This document shows positions 1 through 15,947 of a stretch of DNA of 64,000 bases, piece after piece (positions within the stretch are counted from its first letter, which is position 1; each line of letters begins with the position of its first letter). The notes beneath the pieces are model-generated. The model was not told the DNA's origin. It saw only the letters and a list, made by a program, of their open reading frames with translations, and did no database searches. Origin of the DNA: the human T2T-CHM13v2.0 reference genome, Homo sapiens. The position numbers and the translations under genes were made by a program. The stretch lies in assembly GCF_009914755.1 (NCBI RefSeq), contig NC_060928.1; one strand, given 5' to 3'.

Positions 1-59
1 TTACGGGTAACTATTGAAATTGCTTGTCATGTGTTTGATTTTCATTTTCCTTAGAATGT

Positions 60-260
60 GTTACTTTGCTGAAACTGTATTCAAAGGCTGGATCAATTGA
101 TCTCCTGCAAGATACACTTGAAGGTTAAGTAACTACAGATCTCAGCTAATCCCGTGTAATCTGCTGTTACTAAATGGCTGTTTGTATTCCAGGCATACCA
201 GGTTCTGAATGCTTAGGATTCGGTTTTTACCTTTTGTTTAAATAACCTCTAAAAGGAGCA
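60..260 (+). promoter_or_regulatory. Putative LRIT3 proximal promoter/5'UTR with CRX/OTX2-type homeodomain sites
   Basis: TAATCC at 147-152 and TAATCT at 157-162, about 100 bp upstream of the ATG; AT-rich TGCTGA half-site (NRL/Maf-like) at 67-72. Fits the known retinal expression of LRIT3. Confidence 0.5.
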
Positions 261-376
261 ATGCATCTCTTTGCATGTCTGTGCATTGTCCTTAGCTTTT
301 TGGAAGGAGTGGGCTGTTTGTGTCCTTCACAGTGCACCTGTGATTATCACGGCAGAAATGACGGCTCAGGATCAAG
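261..376 (+). CDS. LRIT3: LRIT3 coding exon 1 (signal peptide and LRRNT start)
   Basis: MHLFACLCIVLSFLEGVGCLCPSQCTCDYHGRNDGSGS; donor AG|gtatgc at 376/377; phase 2 joins exon 2 to give AGG (Arg). Confidence 0.96.
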
Positions 377-1635
377 GTATGCTCCTCTGCTTGTTACTAA
401 GTGTTCTCATTATTTTGACAAAAAGGACCCAAACAAGAAAGCCTACTTTTGAAAGCAAATGTTTGGGGATCAGAAATCACAGAAGAGAATGTTTAGTGTC
501 CATAAGCTTTAACTTAATTGTTTTAACACTGGTCACCTACTCCTTCACTGTTTTCGTTTTGAGCAGTTTAACTCTCAAAGGCCTCTCAAGGTATTGGAAA
601 TTTCTAAACACATTCTATGTTCCAAAATTTTTATTATGCTCATGTTCACAAATTGTTGCTTGAGATCAAACGATTTAAAGGTGCATGGCCAGCTAAGCCC
701 TTGATTATAGAAAGGCTAAGAGGGCAGGCTGAACAGGAGCTGCGTGACATGCTCAGATCCTTTGCTTTCATGGCTCTCCACTTCCTTTGAGAACTATTCA
801 TGCCAATTGAATGGCAGAAAGAAAGATCTCAAGAGTGAAGTTAGAGAGGTTAATAGTTAGAATTTTTCATTTTAAGCTGATGGAATTTACAAAATAAAGA
901 AGATTGAAAAAGATACTGTCTGTTTCAGACACTGCAGGATCTCACAGAAGTTATTCAATCTCTAGGTTGCTTTAGCATCTACTTGTGTAGTGAGAAGAGT
1001 TATTTACTTATATTGTGCATGAGGCCGTTTAGATATGTTAAATGCAAAACAGAACTCTTGCTAGCTAAACACAGTAGAACTTGAATTTTTTTTTTGAGAG
1101 GTTATTTAATAACAAAATCAGGTTATTTGTGACTTGGTTGAAGTAAACGGTGTCTCAGATAAAATAATTTGTTAAAAGAGTTGCCCAATTTATGTCTTAT
1201 AACTTTAAACAAATAAATAATAATAAATAAGACATATTTGTGAAAAGCTTATCTTGTTATTGTATAAACTTTAGTTAACCAATTCTTGGTATTTTTTGAG
1301 ATATTCACTGGGTGGTTAAAGACAATGAAGAGAATGTAGCAAGTTAAAGACCTACTTGTCCAGGGACGTGTAGCAGTGAAGGATCAGGCCAGGGTACTTT
1401 TGAGAAACTATCACAGAAATGTTTCCTTCTTTGTGGTGACCCCATTATTGATGGATTTTATAAAAATTATAGAATATTAGGCCTGGCAAGAAATAATCTA
1501 GTTCAACCCCTTGTCAGTTTATAAGTGAAGAAACTAAACTGTATGGAGACCAAATGACTTGTCCTAGATCATATAATTGTGTTGATGTAGTAACTAAGTT
1601 CATAAAGATGCTAGATCTTTTAGCGTACAAACTAG

Positions 1636-1981
<346 letters not shown>

Positions 1982-2413
1982 TAATGAGTAGAAACTGCTA
2001 CCATTCTGGTATAAAGTAGTACTGAAATCTGTGATATAAAATAGAGATGAAAAGTAAGAGATATCCCTAGAGGATTTCAAAGATTCCATGAGGTCTTTTC
2101 CTGAAGTTATAGAAAGGACATAACACTACCACTACATTGCAGCTTTATGCTGCTTACGTGTGTATACATTATGAGCTGGTTTTTCAAATCCACTGATTTA
2201 ATGTCATATGTTTCACTAAAGGGTTATTTTATTGTAATTATTTACTAAATTTATAGTGTGCTATAATTTAGATGATACTTTGCAAAACTTCTTATTGTTC
2301 ATTTTTCATAATTCAGATGAGTATCTCATAGGAGATAAGTCTTTTTCCAGGCTAAAATGAATCTAAATTCTCAGATTCCTCATACTTTAAATTTACACAT
2401 GGGACAGTGTTGT

Positions 2414-2475
2414 CTTCCTTCCTTCCTTCCTTCCTTCCTTCCTTCCTTCCTTCCTTCCTTCCTTCCTTCCTTCCT

Positions 2476-2559
<84 letters not shown>

Positions 2560-2560
2560 T
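2414..2560. repeat. Compound (CCTT)n(CTTT)n microsatellite forming the tail of an Alu
   Basis: Directly visible tetranucleotide arrays abutting the Alu 3' end. Confidence 0.97.
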
Positions 2561-2850
2561 TCTATTTTGAGATGGAGTCTCGCTCTGTCACCCAGGCTGG
2601 AGTGCAGTGGCGTGATCTTGGCTGACTGCAACCTCTGCCTCCCAGGTTCAAGCGATTCTCCCACCTCCGCCTCCTGAGTAGGTAGGATTACAGGTACCTA
2701 CCACCACGCCTGGCTAATTTTTGTATTTTTAGTGGAGTCGGGGTTTCGTCATGTTGGCCAGGCTGGTCTCAAACATCTGACCTCAGGTGATCTGCCCACC
2801 TTGACCTCCCAAAGTGCTGGGATTACAGCCATGAGCCACATTGCCCAGCT
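2561..2850 (-). mobile_element. AluS element
   Basis: Alu consensus in reverse orientation. Confidence 0.95.
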
Positions 2851-3577
2851 GGGACATTGCCCAGTGTTGTTTTTCTATGCCTGTTTTATATGTGCCAACA
2901 AACAAGATCAAAATGTGACTTGCTCAAGGTCAACTCCTAATTTCTGGTTTATTCCTTAGGCAGAAAGCAATGTGCAAGTCACGTTATTAAAACAGAGTTC
3001 AACTTTAAACATGTACTGTGAACACTTTTTTTTTTCACCTAAATAAATTATTCTCTGAACAAGGATTGATTTATTATTTTAACAGGGGGTTCTTTTAAAA
3101 TGGGCCATTTCCTAAAGAGGTGCACTTTAAGTTGGACAGAAGTGGTTTTGAAAGGTGGCTGTGAAACCCACTAGCTGGGTGACCTTGGAAAGTTACTGAA
3201 TGTTGGTGGGCCTCAGTTACTTTCCATGTAAAACCGAGGTTGTTGACAGTAGCAGCAAATACCTACTGAGTACCTATTCTGTGCCAGGAAGTTGTAGAGT
3301 TTTACATCCATTGTAATTAATCATCCATAACAGTGCCATATGGGAAAATGAGGTTGAGACACTGGTGAAGTGGTTTTCCATGGCCACAGAGGAGGTGGCA
3401 AACCTTAGACCTTGGTTAGATTTGAACCAAGGCCCTCCTCGGCCTCCCAAAGTGCTGGGATTACAGGCGTGAGCCACTGCCCAGCTGAAAATTGATACAT
3501 TTTTCAAATGAGAAGTATTTTTTTCAAATGGGTGTTGGAAAGTGAGTTTCCTCACATTGTTCATGTTGTGACACTAG

Positions 3578-4050
3578 GTTGGTGCTATGTAATGACATGG
3601 ATATGAACGAGCTGCCTACGAACCTCCCCGTGGACACTGTGAAGCTTCGCATAGAGAAGACTGTCATCCGCAGAATCTCTGCGGAGGCCTTCTATTACCT
3701 GGTGGAGCTCCAGTATCTCTGGGTGACTTACAATTCCGTGGCCAGCATTGACCCCAGCAGCTTTTACAACCTGAAGCAACTGCATGAGTTGCGCTTGGAT
3801 GGGAATTCTCTGGCTGCTTTCCCTTGGGCATCTCTGCTGGACATGCCCCTTCTGAGGACCCTGGACTTGCACAATAACAAAATAACCAGTGTGCCAAATG
3901 AGGCGCTCAGGTATCTGAAGAACCTTGCCTACTTGGATTTATCAAGCAACAGACTCACCACATTGCCACCAGATTTCCTGGAGAACTGGACTCATTTAGT
4001 TTCAACACCTTCTGGAGTCCTGGACCTTTCCCCAAGCAGGATTATTCTTG
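3578..4050 (+). CDS. LRIT3: LRIT3 coding exon 2 (leucine-rich repeats)
   Basis: Acceptor tag|G at 3577/3578; LxxLxLxxN repeats (LHELRLDGN, LRTLDLHNN, LAYLDLSSN); donor TTG|gtaagc at 4050/4051; 473 nt. Confidence 0.97.
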
Positions 4051-4671
4051 GTAAGCTCGCAAGCCTCTGGGCTTTTCATCTATAGTTACTTTGCTATGCA
4101 TAGCTTTTTTTGTCCAGTCTTTTAAAATTTGTTGGATTTGGCTTTTTACTCTGTAATTGCACTTTTACTGGAATAGTACCTTATTAGTTAACCTAGGTCA
4201 AGTTACCCTTTCTCCTGTGTAAGGTGTAAGAGCTGTGTGTGTGTGCATGCATGTGTGTACATACATGTGTGGAAAAGTGGAGAAGAACTTGCATCATAAA
4301 TGGAGAGAGGACCATTTCTCTTAAAGAGCATCCAGCTGAGAGACAGAATCCACCAACTGCATAGACTCTTGTGAGCACAGCATTGCTCCATACTCTGGTA
4401 CAAAGTTCTGCTCAGTTTGCTTTTCAACTCTTCATTAGGTTCTTCAGGAGCAGGAGAGGGGCACTGGCATCTTTATGCGATAGCAGTGGCTTCATTAGTT
4501 AGGAAGAATAGCTTCTAAATTTCCTTAATCTAAAAAGAAATGGTGGAAACACCAGTTATTTTACTGGCCCCAAATGGTTCTCCTAACTGATTTGGTCTCT
4601 TAGTTTAGCTGTGACTAGTTTTGGAATTTTGAACTTGGTCTTGTTTAGGTTCTATGTGTATTTCTCTGGTT

Positions 4672-8357
<3,686 letters not shown>

Positions 8358-11144
8358 TCTCCTCATTTTCTCTGATTTAAATGAACCATAGCAATCATAG
8401 CTTGGCGCTGATCATGATTGGATTGAATAATATTTTTTCCAATTTTACACATGAACAATAAACCAATAGCACAAATTATACACAGAACAAAATTACCGAT
8501 AGTGGATCCTCCCAAAGATTTTACTCATTGAATGGGGTTGAGATTAGATAACCCCTCAGAGATACCATCTAAAACTTCATCACTGGGTAAAGAAGTTAAG
8601 TGTGCTTGAGAGGCCTCAAAAATCTTTTCTTTTAGCTTGCTTATGTCTAAACTCAAATTATCTTCACTTCCTTGTAAATGGCGTTTTACTGATTCCCAAT
8701 TGTGAACAGACTCATTATATTGGAACGGAGCTATACAAAAATCAGAAATATTCCAATCACATTGCATTTGTAATCCGTGTTCTAAACTCTTAATTCTATC
8801 TCCCATCCATATAATAGTTTGTCTTAGATCATTAATTTGATTGGCCAATTTTTGATCAATACCTGACTGAGAATTCCACATTCAAATAGAATTTTTTTGC
8901 CATTTATCCGCAAAATGAGCAGTTTGAATAGATTGATGTAATGCAACTCCAGCAGTAGCAGCAGTCACCGTAACAGCAATCAAGCCCATTATTACTGCAA
9001 TTAATGTAAAAATAAATCGTTTACTCCTTTTAAGAATTTTCTTTAGAATATTATTAATAACATCGATAGAAGAGGAAGATTTCCAAGGCCTATGTAAGGC
9101 TACAGGGAGCCAACTACCTTCTCTGGCTCTGACTATTAAAATACTATGATATTGATTAAAGGATGAGTCAATACAAGTATACAAGTAACAATTAACACAG
9201 GTAATTATGTTGGTTTTTGAACTAATATGCATCTTTCCTACTAATAACATATATGGTGGTTTAACACAACTTTTAAGTGGTATAGTTTTGTTGGACTCCA
9301 TATAGATAGTATATATATTTTGGGATGGTACTCTTTTTTGTGAATGTGGGGTGGGGGGAATAGGTTGTATGAGAGGTGGCAGGGGGACATTAGCAACAGG
9401 GGGGTATAAGTCCTCATAATCTTTACTGTCCCATCTTTGAATTGACCTTTTGATGATTGCCATAGTGATATTTTTGGCTGTGTGGAAATAGTAGTGTAAA
9501 TCAATCTGTTGTCTTAGTTTTCAAGGTGACAAGGTGGATTTACTTATAACCCTTTCTCCAGCCCAAACTCTCATACCAATCATAGCTATGGTTAATCTCC
9601 ATAATTCTGAATGTTCAGGTCCTAAGTGGGGAACAACGAGCCTTGGCTTTGGAGGGGCAATCCCTGCCCCTTTCCACTTTAAAGGAAAAAAGGAGTTAAA
9701 TCTATGATATAATAGGGAAGGGTTGTCACTACTTTTTTGATAAGTAATATCATAGAGAAAATGTTGACAATCTCTGTGGCCTTGAGAGCAATCATTAGTA
9801 ATATGACCTTTAGGAGCCCAGTCAACAATGGTGTAGTGAGAAGAATTAAATAACACAGTTCCTTCTGAACTAACACAATCCTTCCATATTAATTTGTCAG
9901 CATTTGAAGACAAGTTGAGAGGACACACAGGTCCTAAAGGCTTATATTGGGATGTGTGAATATAATCAGCGATTCCTATTTTGATCTGTCTTAGAGGTTT
10001 TAATGAGAGCCCTGATACCAAGTGTCCTAAAGGAGGGACAGAGTGACCAGATGGTAGTGTGACCTCCAAGGTTTGAATATCTAATGAGAAACATCCATTA
10101 GTGGGTCCCAGGCACAAAGGTGGATACCTAAAACCTAAAGTGATATTGAAAGGGGTTCCTTCTTCTGAAGGTTGGGCAGGACAACGATCATCTACAGAAC
10201 CAGGCATCCAAATACTATCATTAACATAGACCTCAGTAGGAGCGTCCATCCATGTCATGGCTCGAATAAGAGGAGGAAAAGGAATATAGGCCCAATATGT
10301 ATAGTTTTTAACAGTCTATAGAGTGACAGAGGGTAGAAGGAGCAATGTCATCAGGAGGAGGCAGAGGTTGAGCTGGACCTGGATCGCTGGAGACAAGTTG
10401 TTCAGGATGGCTGACTGGATTGTCTGTTGTAAAGGAGTTAGCATGGTCATTTTCTTCTTTTTTGACAATTGGATGTGTTAGTTGTTTCCTGCTGTGGCAT
10501 TTTTTCAGCAAATTTCTCTGTCTCGTTGTTGCATGCATCTTCAGGACACAATTTCAGGTGTCTAGCAGTAATCTAAACAGGAGATTGATGTTCACCTGGG
10601 GAAACACAAGCGTAGACTCTTCCCCACATTAAAATAGAAACTTTTGACCATATATTAGATTGAACATCTTTCCACCATACTTCCCTTCCTTGGTTTACCA
10701 TGGGACGGTTACCAGAGAAATGTTTTTCGACAGCAGTAACAGAACTAGATTTAGGAATATTAAGAAAATTTAATGTGAGCAATGCCAAGTTTAGTTGTAT
10801 GTGAGGGGTAGACTCCTTATCCCCCTCTTTTTGTTTAAGTAATTGTAATTTTAAAGTTCTGTTACTTCTTTCTACAATAGCTTGGCCTTATGGGTTATAA
10901 GGAATACCAGTAATATGTTTAATATGCCACTGATCAAGAAAATTTTTAAAAGCTTTACTGCAATAGGCTGGACCATTGTCTGTTTTGAGCTCACTAGGAA
11001 TTCCCATAACCGCAAAACATGAAAACATATGTTTTTTAACATAAGAAGTGGCTTCTCTGGTTTGACAGGTAGCCCAGATGAAATTGGAAAAGGTGTCAAC
11101 TGTGACATGCACATAAGCTAATTTTCCAAAAGATGGGTGCCAGA
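8358..11144 (-). mobile_element. HERV-K (betaretrovirus-like, probably HML-7/HERVK11D) internal remnant: integrase C-terminal half plus env
   Basis: Integrase motifs [34 protein letters not shown]; env with RSKR|[15 protein letters not shown] furin site/fusion peptide and [12 protein letters not shown] loop. Family assignment is from recall of the LTR sequence. Confidence 0.88.
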
Positions 11145-12013
11145 TATTGCGGGATCTGGCCAGCAAACCACAATGCAATGGGGCTCTTTCTTTTGTTCCC
11201 AGGCAGATCAGCAGGTCAAAAAATAATAGACACACACAAGATAGTGAAAGCTGGATCCAGGGGGGTCACCACCTTCTGGTCCCACGGTGCCACCAATGCA
11301 CTAGATATACCAGCATTTATTATTAAGTTTAGTGAGGGTGGGGGTAGGTTAGTGAGGGATTTAGGGTCATTTGATTGTGTGTGTGAGATGGTCACATGGG
11401 GATGAAGTAATTCTTTAACATAACATCTGTATGCAGAAGTACAGTATACAGAGATAAGAATTTACAATATAGTGTGTGCATCAGTAATTTCTAACAGAGC
11501 CTTAAAACAGAAACACAGTCTTTTCATAACCTATGATTAGCAAGATATTAATCAGCAGTAACAGTTGCAGCAAAAGCTGGTTACAAACAATCCATAGAAA
11601 CAGGACGTGAAGCTAGACAACCGGTTAGACCAGAAATTCTCAGAAGGAAGTATGCCCTAAAGAGGCCTAGAAGAGCCATGGCAAGATGAGGGTGTTTATA
11701 GCCCTATCTTATGCATATGGACAGGTGCACCTCATGCATCCGTTTATAGGCTCTCCACAAGGGTCACATTCCATTCCCAGAGCTATGAACATCTGCTTTT
11801 CTGGGATAGGAATCTTAGTGATGTGAAACCTCCCTGACTGCACATCCATTCATAGGCTCTCTGCAGGGGGAAGCACATCACGCGTGTTGGCTCATTCTGG
11901 CAGTCCAGCCTGGCATTGTCCTTACACAATCCTGCATGCAATTTTGTACTTACAATAATCAGGAGCATTTCATCTTTTATTCCATAGCAATAGTTTCAAG
12001 GGGTCTCCCTACA
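11145..12013 (-). mobile_element. Complete 5' LTR (about 870 bp, MER11D-like)
   Basis: Starts TGTAGGGAGACCCC on minus at 12013; ends near 11145, followed by PBS remnant TGGCACCCA (11142-11134). Confidence 0.88.
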
Positions 12014-12619
12014 TAAGGTGAGGCTTTTCAATTACTCTTTCTCTTCTACAGGAGTAAAAACATCAACTTAGTAAAATTGTCCTTTATTGTATCCATGAAT
12101 ACTTAAACTATTGCCCTGCAAATAAACATTGGAATTAACTATAAAACCAGGTTTTGTTTTGCAATGCAGGTAAATTTCCATGGCCTGTTTCTTAAGATTA
12201 AGTAAATATTTACACAGGCATATTCTGTAATTCCTGACACTGTTTGTCTCAGAGAAAAAGGCCTGTGGTAGAATAAAACATAAAATGCTTTTTTTTTGGG
12301 GGTGTTGTTTTACTTGTACCCAAATTTGCTGAATTGTAAACATGGGCTCTTTTCCTATTTGAAATGGAGTTTGCCTGAAGGATGGTGGCAGCCCTAGTAT
12401 TTCCAGACTTTTCTAAAATGGTGTTAATTTAGTTCAAAAAACACTTATCAATCTCTGTAGATGTGCCCCACCCTTTTTTGGTTTGAGGAAACAAATCCAC
12501 ATAGGTAAGGTTTATGCCTTGCTGGGTGCTCTAATCCTCACCCTCTTTCTATAGCTGGCAGAGTCAAGTTTCAAATTTACAGTTAATCTCCAAAGACATC
12601 ACTCTTTACTTTTTAAAAC

Positions 12620-14150
12620 CTTGTTTTTAATGGAGACATTAAGGTATACTTTGTATAGGTGGAATGCAGGATTGTAAGTCTACAGTTTGTTAAATTCTGA
12701 TAAATGTATACCCTTACATAACTTACACCATCATCAAGATACAGAATATTTCCATGACCTCAGAAAGTTCTGTGTTTCTTTCCAGTCAATCTTGCCTCAC
12801 CTATTTGAATTTTCATCACTATAGGTTAATTGTGCCTGCTCTAGAATGTTATGTAAATGGAATCATATAAGATGAACCTTTGTGCCAGGCTTCTTTCACT
12901 CAGCATCATGTTTTTGAAAATCATCCATGCTGTCGCATGTATTGGTAGTTCATTATTGCAAAATTGTATTCAATTGTATGAATGAAGCAATTGTTCATCC
13001 TTTCTCCTGATGTTGGACACATGGGTGTTTCGAGTTTGGGGCCATAATAAATTAAGCTGCAATTAACATTCTTGTACAAAGCTTTTTGTGGCACATGTTT
13101 TCATTTCATTATCTTGGATAAATTCCTAGAATTGAAATTGCTGGATTATAGAATGGCTATATGGCTGGGGGCCATGGCTCACTCCTGTAATCCCAACACT
13201 TTGGGAGGCGAAGGCAGGCAGATCACTTTTAGTCAGGAGTTTGAGACCAGCCTGGTCAATGTGGCGAAACCCTGCCTCTACTAAAAAATACAAAAATTAG
13301 CCAGGTGTGGTGGTGCATGCCTATAGTCCCAGCTACTCAGGTGAGGTAGGAGAAACCTGGGAGGCAGATGTTGCAGTGAATTGAGATCACGTCACTGCAC
13401 TACATCCTGGGTGGAAAAAAAAAAAAAGAGAAAAAGAATGGCTATATGTATAACTTTTAAGGAAACTTCCTGTTTTCCAAAGAGACTGTATAACATTATA
13501 CATTCCCACTAGCACTGCATGACAGTCTGGTTGCTCCATATCCTCACCAACACTTAATGTTGTTGGTCTTTTTCATTTCAGCTATTCTGGGGGGTGGGTG
13601 GGTCAGGAAGCGGTATCACAATGTGTTTTTAATTTCCATTTCCCTGATTATTAATGGTGTTGGCCAGATTTTCATTTGCTTATGGGTCACTGTATATCTT
13701 CCTTTATGAACTATCTTTTGCTTAATTTTTAAGGGCTATTTGTCTTTTCTTTATTGAATATAAGTCTTTTGTCTGTTATATGCACTGTGAATATTTTCTC
13801 CAAGGCTGACTTGCCTATTTATTTTTTCCTGGTGTCTTTAGTAAAAAAAGGTTTACATTTTGATGACATTTGATTCATTAGTTTTTTCCTTTTACAGTTA
13901 GTGCTTTCTGTGTATCATCTAAAACATGTTTGCCTACCTCAAAATCACAGATATGATATTTTCTTATAGTTTTAGCCTTTATACTCAATTTTTAGCTGTA
14001 TATTCTTAGCTCTTAGGCTTATAGCTATTATCCATCTCAAAATAGTTTTGGAGTATTGTGTAAAGTAGGGGTTGAGGTTCATATGCTTGCAAACACGTGT
14101 CCACTTGTTCCAGCACCATTCATTAAAAAGACGTTCCTTTCCCTACTGAA
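12620..14150 (-). mobile_element. Old L1M-type fragment interrupted by an Alu
   Basis: Degenerate L1 3'-ORF2/UTR-like text (cattcccactagcactgcatg, ccatatcctcaccaacact, cagcaccattcattaaaaag). Confidence 0.7.
13164..13434 (+). mobile_element. Alu with 14-bp TSD
   Basis: TSD AGAATGGCTATATG at 13150-13163 and 13435-13448. Confidence 0.93.
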
Positions 14151-14772
14151 TTGTTAAACATGGTTGTCTCCACAAAGCTGAGTAGGCATAGTCTTTGCCT
14201 TCAAGGGCTTATAGTCCTCAGAATAACTTTTGTACAAAAATTTATTGCTCACTTTTCACACAAAAATAGCGCATTTAGTCCAACTATTCTGATGCATATA
14301 AATACTATTCTTTTAGAAAGGATAAAGTTCACTTGTCCCATCCAAGAATAGTTATATAAAGTAAACTAATTAATGCAAATTAGTGTAATTGTAGTTGATG
14401 TATTGCCTTGAAGGAATGCAGTGCAAGTAACAGTTTAACTTGAGAGAGTTCTCTTTCCTTTGTCCTCAGAAGAAAAAAACACTTAAATATATTCAGTTCT
14501 TGGATCACTATTTTTATTCAGGTTTTAAAAATTGTACCTTTGACCTTAGAAGTTTCAAGCTGGAGTAAATAGACATTTTATTTTTGAAGGATTTAAAAAT
14601 ATTTACATAACTTTTATATATAACCAGTGAAATTAATTTTTTAAAGAATTTTCTTTCACCATTAATACATTTTTTAATAATTTCAAAGCATGAAATAAAT
14701 TGTTAACATTGTATAGCTCTTAAATCTTTCCCTGTGTAAACATTTATACTCCAGATATTGCTGCTTTAACAT

Positions 14773-15069
14773 TTTTAAATTTTATTTTATTTTGAAAGAG
14801 TATCTCACTTTGTCACCCAGGCTGGAGTGCAGTGGCACAAACCATGACTCCTGGGCTCAGTTGATCCCCTCAACTCAGCCTCCTGGTAGCTGGGACAACA
14901 GGCAAGTGCCGCCACCATACCTGGCTAATTTTTGTATTTTTGTATTTTTTGTAGAGACAGGATCTTGCCATGTTGCACAGGCTGGCCTTGAACTCCTGAC
15001 CTCAAGCAATCTTCCCACCTCAGCCTCACAAAGTGTTGGGATTACAGGTGTGAGCCATTGTGCCTGGAC
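14773..15069 (-). mobile_element. AluJ-like element
   Basis: Diverged Alu dimer in reverse. Confidence 0.88.
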
Positions 15070-15289
15070 ATTTTTTTATTTGTAAATAATAGCGCTTATG
15101 ACTGTCACTATGACTCTAAATGTTTTTAGATGGCAAAGAGATGAGTTATGATAGAAAGGGTATTAGATTAGGATGCTAAAAAAATCTGGGATGTAGGATT
15201 CTAAGCCATTTACAAAGTCAAGATAGTAATATCTTTGTGCTTTGGCTTCCTTTGGTGTAAAACTGGAAGAATAATACCAGATTCCAGAG

Positions 15290-15530
15290 GTGGTAGAAAG
15301 CATAACATGGCGGTTAAGAGCTTTAACCACTGTGGTGGGTGGTTAAAACCTTTAACCAGCATGGTGGTTTAAGATCAGGATACTGAAGTTCAAATCCTGG
15401 CTGTCCAATTGTGTGACCCTGGGCAGATTCCTTAAGCTTCCTGAACCTTGGTTTTCTCATCTTTAAAATGGGGATGATAATAGTACTACCTATCCCATGC
15501 TTTTGTGAGGATTGAGTCAGTCCATCCTTC
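15290..15530 (+). mobile_element. MIR SINE
   Basis: Core ttcaaatcctggct...tgtgtgaccctgggcag...ttttctcatctttaaaatggggatgataatagta. Confidence 0.8.
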
Positions 15531-15598
15531 AGACGCTTAGTGCCGTTGTTCTTTGATCTCCTGAATCTCTGCATGTCTTGTGAGCAGAGGCAGACATT

Positions 15599-15662
15599 GA
15601 TTACCTTTTATTCTGCACTATCTTTTCAAGGATTACCTTTTATTCTGCACTATCTTTTCAAG
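15599..15662. repeat. Perfect 32-bp tandem duplication
   Basis: GATTACCTTTTATTCTGCACTATCTTTTCAAG at 15599-15630 and 15631-15662. Confidence 0.95.
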
Positions 15663-15839
15663 AGAACAGCTTTGGAGGTAGAAATATATCTCCTTCCAGA
15701 GCAAAGGGTAAGCATGCTTACTACCCAGTATAATAAAGATGTCTCCCTTCAGTGCTGTGAGCAATGAGCTCCTTCAACCCTGAGCAGGAGTCTTGTGTCT
15801 TCTACCAACATCCATAAAACGATGGCAGGCAAACTTGCC

Positions 15840-15947
15840 CATATCTGAGAAGTTTCCCAGAATGTGGACCTCTCAGTGCTAAAAGCAAGAAAGTCCTGGG
15901 CAAACTGAAATGAGTTGCTGGCAAACTGGAATAGGTTGGTCACCCTA
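15840..15947 (-). mobile_element. hAT-type MITE (MER94-like)
   Basis: Ends ...gttggtcacccta; internal cagtgctaaaa...gtcctgggcaaactg resembles the recalled MER94 consensus. Confidence 0.5.

Noticed and set aside
271-663. 130-aa ORF overlapping LRIT3 exon 1
   Set aside because: Alternative frame running into the intron; no recognisable domain.
3433-3485. ~50-bp Alu 5' fragment next to a MIR
   Set aside because: No tail or TSD; most simply a deletion remnant with no sign of function.
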